A stretch of 64,000 nt of DNA. Origin: Asterias rubens (Eukaryota). The DNA lies in NCBI RefSeq assembly GCF_902459465.1, contig NC_047066.1:9362001-9426000 (forward strand), given 5' to 3'. Positions 1 to 12,700 of the stretch are shown here, in pieces. The notes under the pieces are model-generated. The model was not told where the DNA came from and made no database searches. It saw nothing but the letters and a program-made list of their open reading frames with translations. How positions within the stretch are numbered: position 1 is the stretch's first letter; each line of letters begins with the position of its first letter. The position numbers and the translations under genes are program-made.

Positions 1-413
1 TCACAATGTTTCATACCATAAACTTCTCCCCATTACTCATCACCAAGAAAGGTTTTATGCTAATAATTATTTTGAGTAATTACCAATAGTGTCCACTGCC
101 TTTAAATCTCAAAGTTTTATGCGGGAAGTTTACAGTTAATAGTTTTTAAAAACCATTGGCCATCCCCTCCCTATTGTGTCTTCGTTGTGTGCATGTAATA
201 TCGGAAGTTATATAGACGTATATAGATGGAAATTTGCATTGGGGATAACGAATATCTATTTTGGTTTAACCCATATACACATCGGTATATATGGATTTGT
301 TGGTTATGTGTGATATAACAATGAGGGGGTTGGGGTGGGGGTTTATACCATCTGCCCCAAGTCGAGGATGCCATTTTATTTTTATTTTTTTGTATGGGGG
401 GTGTCTCAAGTAC

Positions 414-3400
414 CGTTTTCCAGTGCAGAGTGGTCCACATCGTGGTCAAGAAATTGTCCGAAGTGCATGCTCAGGAGCGTCCAATGGTCGGCGCTGTTAT
501 CGTGGTCTTTCTCAGCGTCTTTGATTGTGCCCAGGCAGACGAGCCGTGGTGGTGGAAGGGCTTCACCAGATTTTGCAAGTCTTGGATTATCTAAAGCTGT
601 GGGTTCGTGTATTGGGAAAAAATATATATTGCCATTGTTTACGAGTTACTTTTGAAAAACACTTGTAAAAAAAACGCATACTGTGTAGCAGAATTCCCCT
701 ATGGAGTTTTTTCTTCTTTTGTCATTTGGTTTCATAAAAGAGTACCCTCAACAAAAAAGTAACGCATTTGAAGGCTCATTCAGGTCTCTTTATAGTGCAG
801 TCCGTAAATACATTCTCAAGGGAAGTTATGAACTAGTTCCATCCATTGTGGGAAGAAAAAAAAACAGAAGTTCATGTATACTGTTAAAAAAGTTGAGCAT
901 TCTTTATTATGATTAACTTACCATCCGCATACGCTGCCGGGAGTTGACGAACAAATGGAGTAAAAGCTTTACCCCAATTGACATTCAGTGGGTTATTACA
1001 TGCTCCATTATGGGTCCTATATATTGAGGTAGAAGGACAGTCACTGACAGTGTAATCGACCCCAGCAGCACTGCACAGTTCGCGCTTCGCTGGACCGGAC
1101 AACTCTGACAGCGTTCTGTATGAAATTCAATTTTTAGGTTGATTTAACAGAGATAATACACCTAGCTGTTGCAAACTGCTTACCAACCTAAAGGACATTA
1201 TGGTATAAATGCAACTGTTTTATGGCCTGACTTTTCGAGTTCTAGGATCGAAACATCAGGCCATTACAATTTGAATGATCTGTCTTTATATGAGAAAAGC
1301 AATGTTGCTCATAAACCCAAAAAAGACATAAACGAAACGTCGAGGTGTCAAACCACCGGTTTCTACAAAGGCCACCACTCCCCTACCCCACTAGTCAAAA
1401 CATATTATCCAAATGGTGTCACCGTTAAACCTCACCAGATTGTACTCTCGCCATGCAAAGATTCAAATCCTTCATGTTGCTGTTTGTCCGTACGCCAAAA
1501 AAAAAAAAAAAAGGACCGGTTCTCGTGCACGCCCTTTTCAGTGTGTTTTTGTTTCGTTTTCATAAATGTATTATTTCAATTCAAGGGTGTTCTTTTACTT
1601 GAGTTTGGGACCTAACCATGGAATGTTATGGGTGTTTGTTGTCCCGGTCTTTTTGGTCATGTGCTTTGTGCTTTGTCTGTGCTGTCTGTATTATCTTTAT
1701 TGTATCTGTATTGGATCATTTCTTTGTATGGGTACTCCCTATAATACAAGCTGTGCTTACTTGGTTGTTGCCCCCAATTTCCTGCATTTTGTGTATCACT
1801 TTGCTAACATTGTATTTATATTGATTGAGGAATTGGAAATAAATGTTGAACTGAACTGAACTGAATCTATGACCATCTCAGCATTAAGTATGTTTCTGGC
1901 TAAGCGATTTTATTAGAAAACTTGAATTACTGGCATTCTGGTTTTTTTTTCTCTCAATAATGAGATGAAAGTGCCGAAGAAAGACGCAGTGCGTCCTTTT
2001 TTCGGCACACGCTGTTCGTGTGCGTGCGGTGTACTCACCTCTCACTGTACGTTGACGAGACATTCTTCAGCACACGTACAGCATTTGCCATTCGATCTGA
2101 CATCATATGAGTGAAGCCAAACTGCATAAGAAGGTCATGTGGGTCACGTCTTGATCTCTCGAAAAGCTCGCCATCTTGAAAAAGATTTACGGTTGTCATT
2201 AAAAAAAAACTATAACAAAAACTGTGATTACCCGAGTAATATGCCTGTGATTTTTTTCCACAGGGCTCGAGAAAGTACTAAGTATACAGTGTCAACACAC
2301 ATCGGTGTTGGGTAAATAAAAAAATCACACAAATTAATATTCTTTATCCCCGATGCAAATTTAACATATGTTATACCGTGGTTTCTTGTTTGTTGTCAAA
2401 GGCACTGGACACCTTTGATAATTGTCAAAGACCAGTATTCTCGATTTGTATACCCCAACATAATGCATAAAATAAAAAGTCTGTGCACATTTTGACGCAT
2501 GTGGTCATCGAAGTTGCAAAAGAATAATGAAAGAAAAACACCATCGCTGTGCAAGTTTGTGCGCTTTTAGATGCATGATAAAAGACTTCATGGTTTGAAG
2601 ACTTTTAAATATATTTGAGTGACACGTTGCCTCTTTCTAAAAAATTACGTTATACCAGAAGGAGTCGTTTCGAACAGTGTTTTTTTTTTTACTATCAACA
2701 GCTCTCCGGTGCTCGTTATAATACCAAGTAAGTTTTTATGCTAATAATTATTTTGAGTAATTACCAAAAGTGTCCAGTGCCTTTAAATCGCTTCTGAACT
2801 TTGAACTCGGTGATACTCGACAAAGATTAGTTTGTTTTCAAATTGTCTCATTCCCTCTAATTTTTCGTAATCAGAAAAAAACTATGAAATAATTCTATTT
2901 ACCTGTTCCGTCTTGACCCGCTTGTTCATGCAACCATCGTTCTGTTTCTAGAATATGGCTTTCTACATCTCGAAGAAATAACCTCTCGTTGTCATCTTTG
3001 ACCAAATCGGCACCATAGTTTGTGGCAAATACAACCGGTGATATCCACAGAAATACTAAGCAAACTAGGGAAATTCTAATGAGAAGAAAAGTTAAAATCT
3101 ATTGATAAATTCTATTGATAAATAATGCTCATAATAGTCACCTCCAGTTTTTTTAATCCGCTAGATGGATGAATTTTGTTCGGTAAAAGTTACGTTTATG
3201 AACGTAAATGTAAAACGCATACGTATGCCTACCGTTCACAAATAAAGTTAATTGATCCATTGATTGATTGATTCATTAATTTATTTATTTATTAATTTCG
3301 CAAATAAAAAAATAAGAACGATAATGAAAAAAAATACATACACATAGGAGAGAAAAAAAAAACGTAGCACCCCTGATGGATTAAACAAAAAAATAGTATG

Positions 3401-4874
3401 TTGTTTGCTACATGTGCATAAAAATTTGATTGCTGCGTTTGTTTTGTTTTTATTTTAAAATTCATCATGACACATCTTCCAGTGGAATAAATATGGATTT
3501 ATTTTTGGGATAGCCTTTGGTTATACGGGCGTGGGATTCCACTCGGCATAATCAGAGTACGTCATGAAAAAAAAGAATTGGAAAAAATGTCCGTATGGCG
3601 CCAACACTTTTTCCTTCGATATGAAATAATATAGTATCTAGTTTACATCAATGAGGTATCCCTCTTTGTAAAAATGAGTGAAAAAGTGGTGGCGCCATAC
3701 GGAAAGTTATCCAAAGAATGGAATTACCATATATTGTAAACAATATGGGTAGAATAACAAGCAACTTTTTTTAAAGGCAGTCATTGTTGTACACTAAATA
3801 TTACTTTAAAGGAAAATCTGCGATGGCCCTGATATCTTTCATGATATACTCCGACTGTGTCACCAATTCCAAGCTTACATATCATCAAAGGCACAATCCT
3901 TCCTTACCAACCGACAGCATACAACTTCGAAAAACTTCTTCATGAGACCACACAAGACTTCAAGCATTTCATTGCAGCAAAGCATTCACAAGGAAATGGT
4001 AGACAGTAAGACACAAACAGGGTCTATTTCATTGGTATGCCATACATCAAATGTGCACTGATGTGTTTTAGATTTGTCTACGTAGTGCAATGGGCTAGCA
4101 TTCCAAAGTCCAGACCAACGTAATTAACAAAGTAATTCAGATTTCTTACAACAGTTAACCTGGTATTTCCAAACACAAAAAGAGTTATTCGAATAGCTTT
4201 TGAAAAGCAGCGGACATTATTAGGTCCACATGAAGGTAGAACTATTTCTATTTCTATGATACTCAATCTACCGTAGTAAAATCAGTAGGCCTAATGATGT
4301 TTTTCTCACACGGTAAAAAGGACAATGTAACAAGTACATAGTATAATGCAATTTGAGAAACAATTCGTTTCGAAGTATTGCGGTAATATGGAAAAATATA
4401 TCACTTTTTATCCACACGAATTTGAACAATGATGAGAAGCGCTACCGGTAACGCCGCTAGGTTGTGTAATAACAATTTATGGACTATTATTATTTCCTGC
4501 GTGGACATCATTGCGGATGTCGGCATTATCTCAATAACTCGAATATCTTTTGAAATAGAAGACCAGTCTTCTGTTGTATATCAACATAATATGCATCAAA
4601 TAGCGAACCTGTGAAAATTTGAACGAAGTTGTGTGCTTTCAGAAACTTGATTTGGAGACCTCAAAATCTAATCATGAGGCCTCCAAATCATTTGTGGAGA
4701 ATAACTTCTTTCTCAAAAACTACGTTACTTCAGAGAGAGAGCCGTTTCTCACAATGTTTTAGACTACAAAACAGCACTCCATTACTACCAATAGTGTCCA
4801 CTGCCTTTAAACTGCATCTTAATTTAAGAATCTTACCTCTCATTCAGGAGATTAGCTTGCTTTCTTGATGACAT
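414..4874 (-). CDS. Animal heme peroxidase (peroxidase-cyclooxygenase superfamily), 5' part; gene continues beyond left edge
   Basis: Exons 4874-4837, 3075-2903, 2174-2039, 1115-922 and 590-414 join GT-AG with consistent phases (2,1,2,1,1). Translation: [30 protein letters not shown] (signal-like) ... [39 protein letters not shown] ... [10 protein letters not shown] (distal-His motif). Exon 1 is the least certain. Confidence 0.9.
1700..1867 (+). mobile_element. Probable LINE 3' tail fragment
   Basis: AATAAA followed by (CTGAA)n at about 1836-1867, inside a peroxidase intron; no ORF is left. Confidence 0.3.
2400..2782. mobile_element. Kolobok/T2-like MITE (dominant family)
   Basis: Ends AGGCACTGGACAC ... 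GTGTCCAGTGCCT followed by TTAA; body shared with the other copies. Confidence 0.8.
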
Positions 4875-7534
4875 CTTTAATCGCAATGAAATAATTGGAT
4901 TCTAAGAACGTCTATAAATCACAGCCACCTTACCAAAAACTGAGCAAAAATGTGGAGATGAATGGATTGCTATGTTCTTATATAAGAGCGCTGACCAGCC
5001 ATATGTTGGCGAAACCACTCAAGCTTATAACCTCTGACTTGTCCTCTCGAACATGAATGATTAAATGGGCTTTCTTTTCTGAAGAGTATTTTGAGGGGTT
5101 GAGACATAAGGTTTATACGCGCTGGTGCATTCAACTTCTAAAGACAGCAAAAATAGAAACGCAGCTGTTGGAAAAGCACCTATAATTAAAATTTGTCACT
5201 CGTATTCTAAAAAATAAAGTACCAGAAGACGGAAAATGTTATTACGGTGATTTTAAAAGTAACACCTTGTTTGTTACAATCGGTCGAGTATTGTTGTCGC
5301 GGTTCGTGCTTACAGGTGAAAAGTGCCCATTTCCTTTGTTGCTCCTATTTATAAACAAGATTATAAACACAGTTCTTTTAATTCTTTAACATCTGTGGTA
5401 GGCTATGACCTAGGAATTAACCACCTTTGTGTAACATAGAACCATGTCATTATTATTTGTATGAACCGACTCTGAAACCACTTATATTTATTGAAATGTC
5501 ATGTACTTCCCTGCACTACGGGCCATTGTCAAGATAGATTTAAAATAAAAAAAATAAAAAAATAATAATAATAATCAATTACTGAAACTCTTGTCATTTC
5601 AGTCCTGGTCTATAAACCATATAGGTATACAAAAAAGGAAAAAAAAAGCATAAGGCCTATGTCACAACTGGTATAAACCCCGGCACCGCATTGAAATAAT
5701 TTACAACACATTGAATTCCATTGTTGTAAACCAAAGTATTATATCACGATGTGCAAAACAAATTAGTTTACAATAGGCGCCCCATCCCGACACTTATGAA
5801 AAGTTTTCATTATTCACAATTTATTATTATTTTACGGTAGCTTTTAGCTGTCAAAAACTCAATCATCAGGCTCCGTTTTTCACTTCATCGGCCTTGCGCT
5901 CCCAAATGTCATTGTGCCACTGGGCTCATGTATTTACAAGAATAAATGATATAGATCATTTCCCAATCACCTTCTCGGAAAAAAATATTGACCGATAAAA
6001 CATCGGCCAAAGTCAAACAATAGAAGTCAAACTATTCGTGACCTTACCTCCCCAATCATGAATACAATGGAAAGCGCTATGTCAACAAACAAACGATCGC
6101 CAGCATAAATTCTGCACGGTACCCAGACTCATACTTGCGTTAAACAAAAGTGACAGTAGATGGGGCAACAGACTATTTGGGTTTGTCACGCCATGCAATC
6201 CGAGAGGTTTACGTTGGAAATTTCAGATTAAAATATAGCTTTCACCATGGTTTCTACGACGAGTTGAAATACTAAAGACGTCACTAGTTATGTAGAGGGG
6301 TAACCTGAAGTTGGTAATTCAGTTGGACAAATTGTATTTGTAAGTATTTGTGTTTACTATAATGAAAATAAATGTAAACTTGTTTACTTGATTTCGAAAT
6401 CGCAATCTGCATTCGTTTTGTTTTGTTTAACTCCTCCCATTCTCAGATTGGGATCGTTCTGTTAGTGTTAGTGTTATAAATCGTCTCCAATATGGAGACA
6501 ATAGCGGAACAAACCCCGTCCGTCACAGCATAGAGTAAGATGGTTCTAGAAGTACGTTTTGTTGGCTTATGTGTTTGCTATTTTTAAACATAAATACATA
6601 ATATGAAAATAATAGGACCATTCATTCAATAGTCAATTTATTCAATTCAAATTTAGTTCTAAATCTATTTTCTACATCATGCAAATTGCAACCTAAGCAT
6701 GCTAAGGTTTGTGTCGTGATTCAGAATTCATATTCCTTCCCATAATGCATTGTCAAAGACCAGTCTTCTCACTTGGTGGGTGTATCTCATCATGCAGGAA
6801 ATAACAAACCTGTAAAAATTTGAACTCAATTGGTTGCCAAACTTGCAAGATGATAAAGGAAGAAAAAACACACTTGTCACACGAAGTTGCGTGCTTTCAG
6901 ATGCTTGGTTTCGAGACCTCAAAATCCGATTCTCATGAGGTCTCGAAACCAAATGTGGAAAAAAAAAATTCTTTCTCAAAAACAAAAAGCTTTCTCATGC
7001 TAAGCTGATTTTACCCTGAACATAAATAAAGAATTTTAAAGTAGGTTTACAAGCATTCAACTAACATTGTAGGTTAGGCTATAGCAAAATCGACAGGTTA
7101 ATGAATTGATTTTAGTCAGACTCTAATCAATAATACAAAAATAGAAATATACAACCTACTCATTACAATATAAAGGGCAAATGGACATCACGAGATGCTG
7201 CCACTTCACCAGATTCTCCTACATGTACCCCTAAAAAGTAGGTGTTGGAGGGGGCGGTTTAAAAAGTAGTTTTTTTATTATTTTTCCTTTAAACTTGTAT
7301 TGAACTTGGGCTCATTTAGACTGAAATATGTTAGCATTTCATCTTGAACAAACGCCATTGTAAAAAATGAAGTACAACACTCTGGAAATTCGCGCTCGAC
7401 CAATTTAAAAACCAATATTATTCAAAGAAGTTTGCGTTCATGGTCCATTGATAACATCCAAAGCAAGGTGGTTTCTTGTTTGTTTTACTAATCTCACTTG
7501 AAAAGGCTTTTGACGTAGCCATAACCGTAGTTAA

Positions 7535-7926
7535 AGGCAGTGGACACTATTGGTAACTACTCAAAATAATTGTTATCATAAAACCTTTCTTGATTACGAG
7601 TAACGCTGAGAGGTTGATAGTATAAAACATTGTGAGGGACAGCTCCCTCTGGAGTGACGTAGTTTTCGAGAAAGATGTAATTTTCCACGAATTTGATTTC
7701 GATTTGAGACCTCAGATTTAGAATTTGAGGTCTCGAAATCAAGCATCTGAAATCACACAACTTCGTGTGACCATGGTGCGACAAGGGTGTTTTTTCTTTC
7801 ATTACTATCTCGCAACTTCAACGACAGATTGAGGTCAAATTTTTACAGGTTTGTTTTTTATGCATATGTTGAGATACACCAAGTGAGAAGACTGGTCTTC
7901 GACAATTACCAAGAGTATCCAGTGTC
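7535..7926. mobile_element. Kolobok/T2-like MITE (dominant family)
   Basis: TTAA|AGGCAGTGGACAC ... TCCAGTGTC-TTAA, with the internal hairpin TTTGAGACCTCAGATTTAGAATTTGAGGTCTCGAA. Confidence 0.85.
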
Positions 7927-9711
7927 TTAAAAGAGACTTTATTATAATGGCTGAGCAGTGAGCTAGCGTATTCAGAGGGGCTGTTGAAGTGTTTTAAAAT
8001 GTGTGGCCATGTTTTTTTCTTCATCACTTTTGTCATTAACCTGAAATATATGAATTTTATCTTGAACAAATGTCCATGGACAATGGATTGTTTTTAAAAA
8101 TAAAATACATTACACTCCGGAATTTTAGTTAAGCGGAAAGTTAATTAACCAACATCATTTGCATTTTCATGGTCCATTGAATGTATTATTTACATTCAAA
8201 CCAGGTGTTTTTGTTTTTCAAAAACCTCACCTGAAAATGATTTTGACATAAAGAGAAAGTGAACTGGAAAAAACATTACCCTGAAAAACAAAATGTTAAA
8301 CTGTATGTTGATAAATTTAGTGAACAAGTGTATTGGGGGTGGCTTTAAAGTGATAAAAGCAGTATCCAAAACAGTGCTGGTAAAGCTGTACTTCCCATCC
8401 AAACCAGGCATGCCAGATGGTTTTTTGTTTTTAAAAAATCTCACAATTAAAAAGGATTTTGACGTATACAGGTAGAGAAAAAAAATCTTTAAAATAGGGG
8501 CCTTAACCCTATAAAAAGCGACTGCCAGCACAGTGAACGAGCGAATTCAAAATTGGACGAATCATTTTGGTAGATAGTGTGGTTAGATCATGCCCTAGCT
8601 CAGCTGGATGAAAAACAAGTCTCATGCAATAAGGTCAGATCAGCTTTCTGTCTTTGTACTTATTTTGAAAAATTGACTGCGCAGGATCTGATGAGCCTTG
8701 AAATCAAGTGTTGTCATGGTAACTTTGACCTCCCATTGATAGACGAGGGTAGTTACTCATGGTGTGTGCTGTGTGCTCAGTGAATAATCCTTGGACTTGC
8801 AGTAGATGTACGGTCAGAGGTCATGTTCAATTGCTATGTATGTTTGTTTGTTTCCTTTTTTCTCTCTCAAAATATTCGTAGGTAGGTGTATTGTCATATG
8901 TGTAGTGGGAACAGTTGTACTTAAAGGAATGGGAATGGACAAATAGGCCCTATCATATTTCAAAAACCGGGTTGTATGATCTTTCCAAAAGTTTACAGGT
9001 TTTTTTTAGATACGTACTATTCTTTGCAAGGCATTATAGAATATTTTTTAAATATGTAGGCCTATGTTATTAAGCAATCATTGTTATGGGTTTAAATGCA
9101 GGTAGGTTTACAGAGTTAATGCACTGGGACCAGTCAGGTGGATTAAAAAATGCTTGGATTTTATTTTCCTCTTAATACTTTTAATACCCTCGTAATGTTT
9201 AGGTAACAGAAAATACCTTAATTGTGTGATTTTTGTTTTATTTTTTTTTCAGTTCCCAATTAGTTTACTGCCTACATGCTTCCGATACGTTAGAGACACA
9301 ATTGCCTCATTTAAGATTTGGACTCTAATTCTTGAGCATAATTCAACCAGCAGCCCACCGTGCTTGCAAGCCAGATACCCGGCGCTGAGTTTGAATCCCT
9401 TGCTGTATGTATTCACTTTTCACAACTTACGAATGTAGATATCAAATTTAAAGTGTTTGACATGTTTTTTTTTCAACAGCAGTGCACAGTATTTCAACAA
9501 TTCTAGTAGCGTCCAAATCAACCTCCAACAACTTTCAACCAATGAAAAAGTGTAACACCGTGACATGTTTTTGACTGCCCTATGAAGTCCTGTGGGTTTT
9601 CACTGAGTTCAACTGGACTGGACCACCCTGTGCCTACTCAACTGGGCCGCACTGTACCTGTAATGACATCAGCTGTGTCCATTTAGCCGTGACCCAGTTT
9701 ATAAAGTCAGC

Positions 9712-12700
9712 ATGGCCGGGAGCGGAGCGTTCGTTCCCAGGATTCGTCTCCTTCCGCTAGGGTGTCGTCAAATCGGACGTACCAATACCACTTCGAACTT
9801 GAACAAGACAAAAAGCAAAACACCAGACTGCAGGGTATTCTTAGCGGCAGACAGCGGGATGGTTGCCAACATTCGGCCAATATCCGTGGTACATGATTAC
9901 AGTTTAGCAAAGCAGAAATCAAGGCCAGTTGTTTCATTTTACAACCAGACGGCTATCGACTCTGCAGCTAAAAAGGTAACATTTTAAAATAAATTTCAAG
10001 TTGAAATGTCAAAAGACGCTCACTTTATCCTCTTTTCTTCAAGTCACTGGCCCAATTAAATAGACAGTTTTGTAGCGGGAAGTAATGCTTGTAGTCAAGT
10101 TTTCTGCTAAGCGAAAATTAGCAGGAAACCAGCACTTAAGAAATTACATTTGTACAGGGCCTTTAAGTCACTTTACCTTTGTATTTGTGTGACAAAGAGG
10201 AAATATTTTTAACCTCTTACAATGTATTAAAGACTTTAACCCAATCATTTATTTATTTATATAATGAATCTGCTGGCCAGTAATGAAAATAGACGTTGTG
10301 ACATATATGTAAAGACTTAAGAGCCAACACTGTGGGTGGCCCCAGGCCTGGAGTTTAATCTTTTAGAGGACAAGGAAAGTCATGAGAATAATTTTTTTTT
10401 TTAAAGGGCTCCAAGGCAACGACCAGGGCAGCAGTGGCCTTTGATGCCTTTGTGTAATTCCAGGTCAAGTTAAGTGGCAGAAGACTTACCAGGTACATCC
10501 ATTGTTCTCGGTAATATTATGCGCAGGGTCAGAACTACGTTAATAATGGAAATTTACCTGGTAAAGTCTGCTGCCACCTAGCATTCCAAAGTCTCTCATA
10601 GTTAAAAAATACATGTAAATCATCAAAGAAAAAAACAGCTCTTGCAATACAATGCTATAAACCAGTGGAGCCTATTCGAAACAGCTTCGTTTTTGGCTTA
10701 GTTGTACAAGGTTGAAATCCTTGAAAAACAAAGTACTGTTATGTACTGTGCCAGTACATGTATATATGCAGTTCGTTGTCCAACGCTACGTGGTGAATAC
10801 AGAGCGGGCCTGTGCTTGCATAAAGTGCCTTGGACAAGGCTAATTTGTGTGAAGTGGGCGACAAGTACATACCGTACATGTAGACCTGCAAAACGAAAAT
10901 ATGTCACACATATGATCAGGATTTACCTCATAATCTACTCTAACAGATGGAGCACCTTTCAATGGTCAGAAGTACAGACCCTACTTGAGCAGCTGCTCGT
11001 TATTTCTTAAGTCAATTATAATCTCTATTGTTATCTCTATTGTTTCAGCCATCAGTGCGTCTCACTCCAGCAACTCTCCTTTATACCGGCAAGGCACCTG
11101 ATGGGAACCATCTGCTGGTGAGTATGCTTCACTATGGCTTGAAGTTAACTTTGGACCGCAGGCCCGAGGCTAGTGATATTAGGCTCGGACCAGTAAACAC
11201 ACCAGGTGGTCTGGTTGTCTTGTGTTTTTCAATTCACTAAAAGTACATGTACCTCACAGTATCTTTAAAGGAACCGGACACTATTGATAACTCCTCAAAA
11301 TAATTATTATCGTAAAACCCTACTTGGTAACGAGTAATGGGAGCTATTGTATAAAACATTGTGAGAAACGGCTCCCTCTGAAGTAATGTAGTTTTCAAGA
11401 ACCACAAGTTTGATTTTGAGACCTCACAATTTGATTTCGAGGTCTCGAAATCAAGCATCGGAAAGCACACAACTTCGTGGGACAAGGGTGTTTTTTATTG
11501 CATTATTGTCTCGCAACTTCAATGACCAATTGAGCTCAAATTTTCACAGGTTTGTTATTTTATGCATATGTTGAGATACACCAAGTGAGAAGACTGGTCT
11601 TTAACAATTACCAATAGTGTCCAGTATCTTAAAATACCTTTCAATTGGTCAATGTTTCAATTGTGTTGAGTGTTGAAGCACACCGTAAAGCCCGGTTCAT
11701 ACTTCCTGCGTTCTTGATAATTTTACTGAGACGAAGTCGAGGTAAATTATAAAGAACCAGGCCTCGGGGGGTTTAAACCACTAGTTGAAAACAGATTCAA
11801 CACACTTTAATTCCCATTCATTAATACCTTTGCGGTCAAAAACATCATCACTTTTTGGTCAAAAAGTAAAATAAATGCAAAAATTATAATTGTTAAATGA
11901 TTTCTTTCAACAACACCCCTCCAGCTATGATATGGTAAAGCCCTCCGCCGCCCATGGGTAAACAACTCCTTATAAGGGAATGCTGTGCGCGTCGCGCGTA
12001 TCGCGTGATGTGGCACAACTGTTTCAGCCATTGCTCTCGACCAATAGGAATGAAAAAAACTGTCTTATAAGAACAGGTGCAAGGTCGCGTGTCACGCCCA
12101 TGAATTAACACTTTTTACCGGTCATAAACAAAGGTTTATACACACCCACGTGACGCACTCTCCACCAATATGAATAGTGAAACTGTCTGAGGTATTTATG
12201 AATATATATTTATATAATATTTGTTTCTCCTAAATTGAAGCGGAGTGCCCAGTATTTACACAAGGAGCTGCCTGTCCGTGTGGCACACCGTATTGCCGAG
12301 TTCCGAGGCCTGCCTTTCATTGTTGGCTGCAATCCTACCATACTTCAAGTGCATGAGATGTACATACGAGCATTCCATATGACAGCAGAGTTCCCTAACG
12401 TAAGGTTACTTATAGAGTCAAGTGGGTGGCACCCATTGTTAAATGCTTGAGGTTTGGAGGCAAGAGTCACACCTTAGCCACACTAAAAAATTTGTTTCCA
12501 CCTCAAGCACTCCATATGTTTTATCATGCAGTATTTGCGGGGGTAAAAGGGACAGTGGATCGTGGCTTTAAACCTTTCTATGAGCCAGTTTGAGGTACAG
12601 TGGACACAATACTATAGATAGCACTGTTAGGTTCGGGTAAATCTGATCACATCCACCCAAATCACACAGTGCAATACCACAGTGTCCACCATTTTTCAAA

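Noticed and set aside
1169-1859. 148-aa and 97-aa + strand ORFs
   Set aside because: Antisense within a peroxidase intron, low complexity, crossing a poly-A run, with no recognisable domain.
8685-8710. CTGATGAGCCTTGAAA hammerhead-like core
   Set aside because: No room for stem II and no stem I or III pairing.
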